The translations under genes were made by a program, and so were the position numbers. Positions 1-7,687 of a DNA stretch of 21,147 nucleotides are shown one piece after another. The notes beneath the pieces are model-generated. The model had not been told where the DNA came from. It saw only the letters and a list, made by a program, of their open reading frames with translations, and ran no database searches. How positions within the stretch are numbered: the first letter of the stretch is position 1; the number at the start of each line of letters is the position of its first letter. Source of the stretch: Prochlorotrichaceae cyanobacterium (GTDB lineage: Bacteria; Cyanobacteriota; Cyanobacteriia; Prochlorotrichales; Prochlorotrichaceae); assembly GCA_049455215.1 (NCBI GenBank), contig JBMTZC010000024.1, forward strand, positions 1 through 21,147. Direction: 5' to 3'.

Positions 1-21
1 TTTGCGTTTTAAGGTCTACAA

Positions 22-105
22 GGGCGCGTCATCAATTCATTCTAGAAGCCTTGCGATATAAAGGTTACCGTGCCCGCTCCAGCAAACATAAATAGGGGCT
101 GAAAC
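22..105. repeat. Copy 1 of a conserved ~85-nt non-coding element. The 65-nt core at 41-105 is TCTAGAAGCCTTGCGATATAAAGGTTACCGTGCCCGCTCCAGCAAACATAAATAGGGGCTGAAAC.
   Basis: Direct comparison with 4338-4421 gives about 87% identity over 85 nt and 61 of 65 identical over the core. The element sits 3' of the flotillin gene, which ends at 178. GGGGCTG (95-101) can pair with CAGCCCC (141-147). Confidence 0.75.
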
Positions 106-177
106 GATTGTCGTATGCACACTTCAGCACTAAATAATGACAGCCCCAAGTTAGAATTCCTGAAAAAGGAAAACCTG

Positions 178-1605
178 TTATGACTCTTCATCGTTCCTCT
201 GCCCCTGGGTTGGACTCAACATCAGATTCAAGCCCAAGGTTTCTTCGACTTGTTTGAGGAATTCCCGAACAATTTGAGGATAAATATTCACCAAACCCGC
301 TAAAGTCCTGCCATCCCCACTGTCGATCGCATTAATGTGAGAAAGATGTAATTGTCCAGGCACTTTAGCCGCCTGCTCCAGTAACATTTCTAACTGTTGC
401 AGCGTAAACAATTCTGAAGCCTGATCCCCCAGTTCTGTCCAGAGTGCCGCAAACAATTCGTTCACGCTAGCCGCTGCCTTCGCATTTTCAATTAACGTGT
501 AGGCTTCACCTCGCGCGAGAAACTCTTTGGCCTTCCGTTGGGCTTCCGCCGGTAACACTTCATCGGCCTGGAGGCGTAATTTTTCTAGGTTAGCGCGTAC
601 CGTTTGCAGCCGTTCCTGTGCCTTGGCCTGGGCTTCAGAAGCTGCAGCTTTGGTTCGTTCTTCCTCAGATTTTGCCCGCTGTTCCAATTGGGCTTTAATG
701 CGGCGCAATTCGTTTTCCTGGGCCTGGATGACGGTACGGGCTTCCGTTTTAGCCACCTCTGAGGCCCGCTTACACTCTGCTTCCACGCTTTCTGATTCTG
801 CTTTTGCGTCAGATTCCGCAATCTCCGCTTCCCGTAACACCACAGCAATTTGACGACGACCGAGAGAGTTTAAGTAATCAACTTGATCCGCCACACTTTG
901 AATTTTTAGGGTATCCAGTTGTAACCCTAGTTTTTCCATATCGTCTTTAACGTCTTCCGCAATCCGATTGGCAAATTCAAGGCGATCTTCATTGAGTTGC
1001 TCTGGAGTTAAAGTCGCCACCACCCCCCGTAAGTTCCCCTCTAAGGTTTCCCGCGCGACCCGTTTAATTTCCTCGGGATTTCGCCCTAAAAACCGCTCGA
1101 TCGCATTGCGGACAATGACAGGATGACTGGAAATTTTCACATTAGCGATCGCCTGAATATTGAGGGGCGTGCCACCTTTCGCATAGGCATTGGTCACTTC
1201 AATGGGGACGGGCATGGTTCGCATATCCATGCTTTGCACCGTTTCTAAAATGGGGATGCAATAGGTCTGTCCTCCAAATTCCACCCGATAGCCAACCCGC
1301 CGTCCGTTGACGGTTTGCTGCCGCCCAGAAATGACAAGAATGCGGTAAGGGTCACAAATCCGGATCGTGGTATTCAGCAGCCAGACCACAATACTGGTCA
1401 CCAGGACAACCCCAAACAAGGTCACGGGGCCAGCAAAACTCCCTGCCCCTTGAGCTAAGAGGGGGGGCGGCTGCCCAATTTCCGTTTGCCAGGGGGCTGG
1501 GCTGCCGGTGGTTTCCTGCAGCACAATCCCGTCTCGCGGGGTGCCGTCGGAAACGATCGAAGCGGATTTAAATTGATTAGAGAACGAGAATAGTGGTTTG
1601 TTCAT
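178..1605 (-). CDS. Flotillin / SPFH (band 7) family protein, YqiK-like. N-terminal transmembrane segment, SPFH domain, and a long Ala/Glu/Arg-rich coiled-coil C-terminal half.
   Basis: 475-aa ORF. N-terminal hydrophobic helix (PVTLFGVVLVTSIVVWLL), then a typical SPFH core (RILVISGRQQ...VEFGGQTYCIPILETV...TPLNIQAIANVKIS) and an extended EA-rich coiled coil. It lies downstream of a YqiJ/NfeD-like gene, as in yqiJK-type operons. Confidence 0.85.
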   Translation of the reverse strand: MNKPLFSFSNQFKSASIVSDGTPRDGIVLQETTGSPAPWQTEIGQPPPLLAQGAGSFAGPVTLFGVVLVTSIVVWLLNTTIRICDPYRILVISGRQQTVNGRRVGYRVEFGGQTYCIPILETVQSMDMRTMPVPIEVTNAYAKGGTPLNIQAIANVKISSHPVIVRNAIERFLGRNPEEIKRVARETLEGNLRGVVATLTPEQLNEDRLEFANRIAEDVKDDMEKLGLQLDTLKIQSVADQVDYLNSLGRRQIAVVLREAEIAESDAKAESESVEAECKRASEVAKTEARTVIQAQENELRRIKAQLEQRAKSEEERTKAAASEAQAKAQERLQTVRANLEKLRLQADEVLPAEAQRKAKEFLARGEAYTLIENAKAAASVNELFAALWTELGDQASELFTLQQLEMLLEQAAKVPGQLHLSHINAIDSGDGRTLAGLVNIYPQIVREFLKQVEETLGLNLMLSPTQGQRNDEES

Positions 1606-1780
1606 AGTTTCTATTCCTGAAACATCTCAAGCCAAGGAGCAAGGCGGGTCAATGACGACAGCAGTCCTCCGTTAGTTGTGGGGGAGGCAGACTGACCCCC
1701 TTGAGGATTGCGCGATACAGTTGTGATGGTGTTAATGCCGTTACGGGTGTTGGAGTCAAAATTTTGGGTCTGGGGGAGCC

Positions 1781-2413
1781 TTAGAGATCTTTAACGGAAT
1801 CTTCCGACACCACCCACAGGGTATTGCCCTCGAGCCCCACCACTAAAATAGAGTCTCCTTTTTGGAAATTTCGCTCTTCAGTGCTGCTGGCCGCCATATA
1901 CACCTGGCTTCCCTTCACCTCCAGGCGAACCTGGCCTCGACCTTCACTCTGAAAGGGAATACTGACAATGCCGGGGAGTCCGTGTAAATCTTCGGATCGA
2001 ATTAAGCTGTCGGTTTCGGCATCCGTTTGTAACCAGCGCATGATCCCAGCCGCTGCACTGCCGACGATCGCCCCAATACCGAGGGAAAGGACAAAGATCT
2101 GAGACGAGGACTGACCAATGCGGAGCCATTGCAACAACAGCCCACTTAAGCCAAAGGTTGCTACACCAAAGGTCCAAAATCGCACACTCAGGAGAGGTAA
2201 AACCCGAAAAAACACCTGGAAGAGTGGGGATAATTGCCGGGGAATCCGTTCCGAGCCCGAAATATCTAGCTCAAAATGATGATCAAAATCCACTCCATCT
2301 AGCCCTTCAGCGGCAGCAAAGAAAATAAAACCCCCACCCACTAAAAAGCACAGTCCGTATAAAAGCATAGGGGGATCCCCTACTAAGTTCGCTAACGAGA
2401 GCGATCGTAACAA
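1781..2413 (-). CDS. NfeD/YqiJ-like membrane protein (OB-fold C-terminal domain), the partner of the flotillin gene. The true start may be an internal Met.
   Basis: 210-aa ORF with several hydrophobic helices, an acidic DGVDFDHHFELD segment and a C-terminal beta-rich region (GQVRLEVKGSQVYMAASS...DSILVVGLEGNTLWVV) typical of NfeD-like OB-folds. It is immediately upstream of, and co-oriented with, the flotillin gene. Confidence 0.6.
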   Translation of the reverse strand: MLRSLSLANLVGDPPMLLYGLCFLVGGGFIFFAAAEGLDGVDFDHHFELDISGSERIPRQLSPLFQVFFRVLPLLSVRFWTFGVATFGLSGLLLQWLRIGQSSSQIFVLSLGIGAIVGSAAAGIMRWLQTDAETDSLIRSEDLHGLPGIVSIPFQSEGRGQVRLEVKGSQVYMAASSTEERNFQKGDSILVVGLEGNTLWVVSEDSVKDL

Positions 2414-2648
2414 GGAATGTCAGGGATCCTAGAAACTTCCAGATTTACTTTGGTTTTGTTTTTGGCGGCATTCAGCCCAGAAAAAGCCCACAGGGCAGGC
2501 CCCTCCCTCCATTGAGTTCCGGTAACGGCCTCGGCTCCCGCAGAAACGCCACCCTAGAGGGATGGTATGATCTATGCCGATCATTCGTCAGAAGGTTGCA
2601 ATGCGTATCTACCCCGAAGTTCGAGCGGGACAGTCCTAATCGATCAAT

Positions 2649-3578
2649 ATGGATCACCGCTTTAGTCACCCGGTCCCGTCGGTTCGGGAAGAACCTTTTA
2701 CCCTAAAGATTCCCCGTCGCCATTCGGCAGAACCCACACTTTTAGAATTAGTCCCCATCCCTGGGGGAACCTTCTGGATGGGACAAAAACAAACCGAAAC
2801 CCTGCTCCTCAAACAAATTGTGGGGGAAACCAATTTTAAGAATTGGTATGCCCGGGAACTGCCCCGCCATCAAGTCACGATTCCCGGCTTTTGGATGAGT
2901 AAGTATCCCATTACCCAAGCACAATATGAAGCGGTGATGGGGGAAAACCCCGCCACGGGTAAGGCCTGGTGTTTAATCGGCAAGGAATGGAAACCGGATC
3001 ACCAGATTCCAGAGCATTTTGTTCATCCCCAAAAACCGGTGGTGGCCGTAAGTTGGGACATGGCGGTTGATTTTTGTACGACCTTATCCCAACACCTAGG
3101 GGGATATGCCATCAGCCTTCCCACTGAAGCGGAATGGGAATATGCCTGTCGGGCCGGCCAGCAAACCGCTTTTTCCTTTGGGGGGAAAATAACCCCGGAA
3201 GAAGCCAATTTTGATGGTCGCCATACCTATAACAACTCAGCCCAAGGAAACTATCGCAAAACCACCACGATCGTCGGGGAATTTCCTCCCAATGCGTGGG
3301 GGCTCTATGATATGCACGGCAATGTCTGGGAATGGTGCCTGGATCAGTTTTATCAGGACTATAGCGCCAAACCCGATCGGCTCAAACAGGATGGGTCAAT
3401 CGCTTGGAATGAGCAGAATACGTTGATGATCCCAGAAATTGATTTTCGCTTATTACGGGGGGGATCCTGGTACTGTCTCCCCCGCTATTGTCGGTCTGCG
3501 TTTCGGAACCGTAGCAATCCGTTGACGCGCAATTTAAATCATGGTTTTCGGGTGGTCTATCGGGGAGCAAGGCAGTAG
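2649..3578 (+). CDS. Formylglycine-generating enzyme (FGE / SUMF1) domain protein.
   Basis: 309-aa ORF with hallmark FGE-sulfatase motifs: IPGGTFWMG, VSWDMAVDFC, PTEAEWEYACRAG, YDMHGNVWEWCLD, LRGGSW and HGFRVV. Confidence 0.8.
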   Translation: MDHRFSHPVPSVREEPFTLKIPRRHSAEPTLLELVPIPGGTFWMGQKQTETLLLKQIVGETNFKNWYARELPRHQVTIPGFWMSKYPITQAQYEAVMGENPATGKAWCLIGKEWKPDHQIPEHFVHPQKPVVAVSWDMAVDFCTTLSQHLGGYAISLPTEAEWEYACRAGQQTAFSFGGKITPEEANFDGRHTYNNSAQGNYRKTTTIVGEFPPNAWGLYDMHGNVWEWCLDQFYQDYSAKPDRLKQDGSIAWNEQNTLMIPEIDFRLLRGGSWYCLPRYCRSAFRNRSNPLTRNLNHGFRVVYRGARQ

Positions 3579-3605
3579 GAACGATCGAACGATCGCCAGA
3601 TTTGC

Positions 3606-4271
3606 TCATTGCGGCATCGTAGCCACACCGGCAATGTGAGGGCCGACTAAGGGCAAATCCACCTGAAAATGCTGATAGTTCACATGGGCAAAGCCTGCTG
3701 CTTCCAAGACGTGCCACGTCTCTCGGTTGGGATGGCAATGATCAAAAAGCACTTGCCAGAGAGGGGAGACCCCATCCTGAAGCCGCCGAGTCCAGGTGCA
3801 ACATTCCGCTGCAACGTGCTCCACAAAAATGAAGCTGCCACCGGGTTTGAGGACGCGCTGCACTTCTTCTAAAACGTACTCCAAGGTCTGGACAGAGCAT
3901 AATACATGGGAACTAATCACTGCCTCCACGATCGCTTCATCCAGGGGTAACTGTTCCCCCCTGCCGGAGTGCAGTTCAATAGACTGAAATCCTTGCTGAA
4001 GAGCCGTTTTACGCAGGTAAGGATGCATAAAGGGATTCGGTTCCACCCCAATCCAGCGGATGTCCTTGGGCAAATAGGCAAAATTAGCCCCTGCCCCTGG
4101 GCCAATTTCTAGCACAGTGCCATGGAGAGCGCCAAAGAGCGATCGTTTCAGATCCGCTAAGGTGTGGAATTCCTCCTGCGGATAGTGGGTAATGGTCGCC
4201 GCATCCAAGGGCGTAGCCTGGGCCATTCCCCAGGCAAAGAGGCGTTTCGGGAGTTGATTAAGTCCAGTCAT
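3606..4271 (-). CDS. Class I SAM-dependent methyltransferase (Methyltransf_11-like).
   Basis: Rossmann motif I (VLEIGPGAGANFAYL), an acidic post-I region and a VLKPGGSFIFVEH motif. I placed the start at the ATG at 4271 (MTGLNQ...). The ORF track extends to a GTG at 4310; neither start has a clear Shine-Dalgarno sequence. Confidence 0.7.
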   Translation of the reverse strand: MTGLNQLPKRLFAWGMAQATPLDAATITHYPQEEFHTLADLKRSLFGALHGTVLEIGPGAGANFAYLPKDIRWIGVEPNPFMHPYLRKTALQQGFQSIELHSGRGEQLPLDEAIVEAVISSHVLCSVQTLEYVLEEVQRVLKPGGSFIFVEHVAAECCTWTRRLQDGVSPLWQVLFDHCHPNRETWHVLEAAGFAHVNYQHFQVDLPLVGPHIAGVATMPQ

Positions 4272-4311
4272 CGGTATAGGGCAAGGGCATTGCCAATGGG
4301 AAAACAACACT

Positions 4312-4345
4312 GAGGCTCACTCTGGGGCTCACTCTAGGGCTCGTC
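4312..4345. repeat. Short tandem direct repeat: GAGGCTCACTCT / GGGGCTCACTCT / AGGGCTCGTC (a 12-mer, about 2.7 copies) immediately abutting repeat copy 2.
   Basis: Read directly from the sequence at 4312-4345. Confidence 0.5.
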
Positions 4346-4421
4346 ATTAAATTAGGTCTAGAAGCCTTGCGATATCAAGCTTACCGCGCCCGCTCCAGCA
4401 AACATAACTAGGGGCTGAAAC
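4338..4421. repeat. Copy 2 of the same ~85-nt non-coding element, ending in a perfect AGGGGC-TGAAA-CCCCT hairpin.
   Basis: It aligns base for base with 22-105 (core 4357-4421). It lies between the divergently transcribed methyltransferase (start 4271/4310, minus strand) and accD (start 4599, plus strand). Confidence 0.75.
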
Positions 4422-4598
4422 CCCTACAGCATAGGCATTACATTGCTCATTGACGACAGGATCTGCCATTCCTGAGGGTTTTCCCCTTGTGGCTCAATGC
4501 TCATCCCTAATTCTGCTACGATACACACAACTAGTTTTTTTAGGGTCAACTCCAATCCGTTCGGCCCTAACGTTGCCCGAGGTGAGTGATCCAAATCC

Positions 4599-5468
4599 AT
4601 GTCCTTATTTGATTGGTTTGCAAATCGTCAAAAAACAGAGCCGATTCATCAAGTTCAGCCCGAACGGGATATTTCCGATGGGCTATGGACGAAGTGTCAG
4701 GACTGTGGTGTTTTAGCCTATACCAAAGATTTACGGGCCAATCAAATGGTTTGTCCCGACTGTGGTCATCATGGCCGGGTGGATAGCCACGAACGCATTC
4801 AGCAACTCATTGATGCCGAAACCTGGCAACCCATTGCCCAAACCATTTCCCCGACCGATCCCCTGGAGTTTAACGATCGTCGTTCCTACCGCGATCGTCT
4901 CCGGGAAACCCAGACCAAAGTCGGCTTAACGGATGCGGTACAAACCGGCTTGGGCAAACTAGACGGGATTCCCATGGCCTTAGGCGTTATGGACTTTCGC
5001 TTTATGGGGGGCAGTATGGGCTCCGTGGTGGGGGAAAAGCTCACCCGTCTCATTGAACAGGCCACTCAGCAGCGTTTACCGGTGGTAATTATCTGTGCCT
5101 CTGGGGGAGCACGAATGCAGGAGGGGATGTTGAGCCTCATGCAAATGGCCAAAATCTCCGGTGCCCTAGAACGCCATCGAGAAGCACGGCTCCTTTATAT
5201 TCCCGTCCTCACCCACCCCACCACCGGCGGGGTCACCGCTAGCTTTGCCATGCTGGGGGATTTAATTTTGGCTGAACCCAAGGCCATGATTGGTTTTGCG
5301 GGACGACGGGTTATTGAACAAACCCTGCGGGAACGGTTACCGGATGATTTTCAAACCGCTGAATACTTACAACATCACGGTTTTGTCGATGCGATCGTCC
5401 CCCGGACGCAACTGAAAAAGACCCTGGCTCAACTCTTCCAATTTCATCAACAGCCAGAGCGATCTTAA
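4599..5468 (+). CDS. accD: Acetyl-CoA carboxylase carboxyltransferase subunit beta.
   Basis: 289-aa ORF. N-terminal C4 zinc ribbon (CQDCG...CPDCGHHGR) followed by the carboxyltransferase domain ([17 protein letters not shown]...[15 protein letters not shown]). A GGTGAG RBS lies about 13 nt upstream of the ATG. Confidence 0.92.
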   Translation: MSLFDWFANRQKTEPIHQVQPERDISDGLWTKCQDCGVLAYTKDLRANQMVCPDCGHHGRVDSHERIQQLIDAETWQPIAQTISPTDPLEFNDRRSYRDRLRETQTKVGLTDAVQTGLGKLDGIPMALGVMDFRFMGGSMGSVVGEKLTRLIEQATQQRLPVVIICASGGARMQEGMLSLMQMAKISGALERHREARLLYIPVLTHPTTGGVTASFAMLGDLILAEPKAMIGFAGRRVIEQTLRERLPDDFQTAEYLQHHGFVDAIVPRTQLKKTLAQLFQFHQQPERS

Positions 5469-5571
5469 AGCAGGGGCAAACCGGCCCGAAGCACCAGGGC
5501 ACGGGGAAAACTTGAACGGCAACGAACGCTTAAGCTGATAGCCCTCTCAACAGTCTTGGGAATCTGCTGCT

Positions 5572-7674
5572 ATGTCTGCGTTAACGCCATTACCAGTCAA
5601 ATTGAACTTCGGTTCAGGGTATTTTAGTCTGCGATTTTGGCGGGAAGTGGGCATCGTCTTTCTGCCTTTTGTACTCTTCTTTATTACCCTTCTGAGTATT
5701 TGGCATTTTTTGGATTATAAAAGAATCCTCTTTAGTCTCCAGCAAACCGAAAAAGCTCGTATTGATATTAGCAAAGTTGCCCTGGATAGAGAGTTTAGCA
5801 ACATCAAGTCAGACCTCTTATTTTTAGCCGCCGATCAGCAACTCCAACAATTTTTAAAGTCCAATCAAGAAAACGATCGGATTGTCCTCGAAAACAATTA
5901 CTTAGCCTTCTCCAGGTATAAAGGCCTTTACGATCAGATTCGCCTGCTGGATGCCGAGGGGCAAGAAATTGTGCGGATCAACTGGCACAATGGCAACCCC
6001 GCAGCCGTGCCCGTGAATAAGCTACAAAACAAACGTGAGCGCTATTATTTCCGAGATACCTACATCCTTGCCCAAAACGAGATTTTTGTTTCGCCCTTAG
6101 ATCTCAATATTGAAAATCAGGAAATTGAACGGCCCTTCAAACCCATGCTCCGCTTTGGCACACCAATTTATCTCAGTGAGACCAAGCCGGTGGGGATTAT
6201 CCTCCTCAATTACCTGGGCAGCATCATGCTGGACCGCTTAAAGATCACTCTCGCCTCTGACCTCAACCAGCCCATGCTCCTTAATCCTGAAGGCTACTGG
6301 CTCCTCGCCCCCAATCCAGAGGATGAATGGGGTTTTATGCTGGGCAATGAACAGCGCACCTTTCAGCAGGTCTATCCCCAAGCCGCCGAAGTTGTCTTAA
6401 CGCAGGAGCAGGGGCAAGTGATGACGGCATCAGGGATCTTTACCTTTAGCACCATTTATCCCCTAGAAGCGGGCATGACCTCCAGCACCGGAAACCCTAG
6501 CGCAAGCGGCACCAGCCAAGCCACGATCCCACAGACGGGTTACGGCTGGAAAATTATTTCCTTCATTCCCAACTCGGTCTTGGCGAACCTGCAAAAGCAG
6601 GAATTTTTCGATGTCCTGCAGCAGATCATGATGCTTGCCACCGGTCTATTGATCATCAGTTGCCTGGTGGCCAAAGCCCGGTTAGACAGTTACAACAATA
6701 TGCTGGCCCTGCAAACCAGCGAGTACCGTCTCCGCACCATTACCGCAGAACTGGCCTATGGGCTCTTTGTGGTGGATCAACAGCTTCGTTTAATCTTAAT
6801 GAATCCAGCAGCAGAACAACTCTTAGGCTGGTCAGAGTCCCAGATTTTCGGGTGCAACATAGACACCCTCATCCACCAAGGCAGTCCTGCTGCAGAAGTG
6901 TCCCGATCCGATCGGGGCATCATCACCGCCTTACGGGAAGGACGCTTAGTCCAGGTGTCTCACGATCAATTTACCTGTGCCGCAGGCTCTACCATTATGG
7001 TCACCTATACTGCGGCTCCCATTTGGGAAGCCAATGAGGTGACGGGGGTGGTGGTGGGCTTCCATGACATTAGCCAACAATTTCAAGAACAGGAACATCT
7101 GCAACAGTTAGCCACCCTCGATCCCCTCACCGGAATCTTCAATCGCCGGGAGTTCGAGTGCCTTGCAGAAAAGGATCTCCAACTGGCTCAAACCAGCCAG
7201 ATCCCTCTGGCCGTTCTCATGTTGGATATTGATCATTTCAAGGGGATTAATGATACTTACGGTCACTTAGTGGGGGATCAAGTGCTGCGGCAGTTATCCG
7301 ATACCCTCCGGAAAGAATTGAGAGGCTCCGACACGATCGCTCGCTATGGTGGCGAAGAGTTTGTCCTGGTCTTAACCGCAGTCCAGCCTAACGTTGCCTA
7401 CCAAACAGCGGAGCGCCTGCGCCAAACGATCGAGGCAACTCCATTTTGCCTCACAGAACCTGAAGCGATCGGAGACTGCTCCTCCGAGCAAACCGCGTTG
7501 CTACAAATTACCGTGAGCATTGGCATTGCCCTCTATCCTGACCAAGGCAATACCGTGACCGCCTTAATTGCCGTGGCGGACAAGATGCTTTATGGGGCCA
7601 AAGCAGAGGGACGGAACTGCGTTAAGATGGCCACTTTAGATCGGGAACCTTCGGTTATTCACCCCAGATCCTAA
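5572..7674 (+). CDS. Membrane sensor diguanylate cyclase. Two transmembrane helices flank a ~310-aa extracytoplasmic (dCache-like) domain, followed by a PAS domain and a GGDEF domain.
   Basis: 700-aa ORF. TM1 (IVFLPFVLFFITLLSIW) and TM2 (IMMLATGLLIISCLVA) bracket a large sensor region. A PAS-like segment follows (LAYGLFVVDQQLRLILMNPAAEQLLGW). The GGDEF domain has an intact active site (RYGGEEFVLVL) and an RxxD-like region. Confidence 0.85.
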   Translation: MSALTPLPVKLNFGSGYFSLRFWREVGIVFLPFVLFFITLLSIWHFLDYKRILFSLQQTEKARIDISKVALDREFSNIKSDLLFLAADQQLQQFLKSNQENDRIVLENNYLAFSRYKGLYDQIRLLDAEGQEIVRINWHNGNPAAVPVNKLQNKRERYYFRDTYILAQNEIFVSPLDLNIENQEIERPFKPMLRFGTPIYLSETKPVGIILLNYLGSIMLDRLKITLASDLNQPMLLNPEGYWLLAPNPEDEWGFMLGNEQRTFQQVYPQAAEVVLTQEQGQVMTASGIFTFSTIYPLEAGMTSSTGNPSASGTSQATIPQTGYGWKIISFIPNSVLANLQKQEFFDVLQQIMMLATGLLIISCLVAKARLDSYNNMLALQTSEYRLRTITAELAYGLFVVDQQLRLILMNPAAEQLLGWSESQIFGCNIDTLIHQGSPAAEVSRSDRGIITALREGRLVQVSHDQFTCAAGSTIMVTYTAAPIWEANEVTGVVVGFHDISQQFQEQEHLQQLATLDPLTGIFNRREFECLAEKDLQLAQTSQIPLAVLMLDIDHFKGINDTYGHLVGDQVLRQLSDTLRKELRGSDTIARYGGEEFVLVLTAVQPNVAYQTAERLRQTIEATPFCLTEPEAIGDCSSEQTALLQITVSIGIALYPDQGNTVTALIAVADKMLYGAKAEGRNCVKMATLDREPSVIHPRS

Positions 7675-7687
7675 TAGCGCAAAGAGG

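Noticed and set aside
527-853. Two overlapping ORFs (527-853 plus strand, 585-848 minus strand) inside the flotillin gene.
   Set aside because: They lie entirely within the coiled-coil-encoding part of a strongly supported gene. Their Ala/Ser/Arg-rich or Lys/Arg-rich translations are typical alternative-frame artefacts of GC-rich EA-repeat coding DNA.
2649-4271. FGE-domain protein plus methyltransferase as an ergothioneine (EgtB/EgtD) pair.
   Set aside because: The FGE protein lacks the N-terminal DinB_2 domain of EgtB. The methyltransferase is a generic Methyltransf_11 type rather than an EgtD histidine methyltransferase. The genes are convergent rather than co-transcribed.
4450-4716. 88-aa plus-strand ORF overlapping the accD start.
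   Set aside because: It overlaps the accD N-terminus, which has a conserved zinc ribbon in another frame. It shows no motifs and has a hydrophobic, low-complexity translation.
6660-7037. 125-aa plus-strand ORF inside the sensor GGDEF gene.
   Set aside because: It is an alternative frame within the well-supported PAS region. Its Arg/His/Pro-rich composition is typical of off-frame GC-rich sequence.
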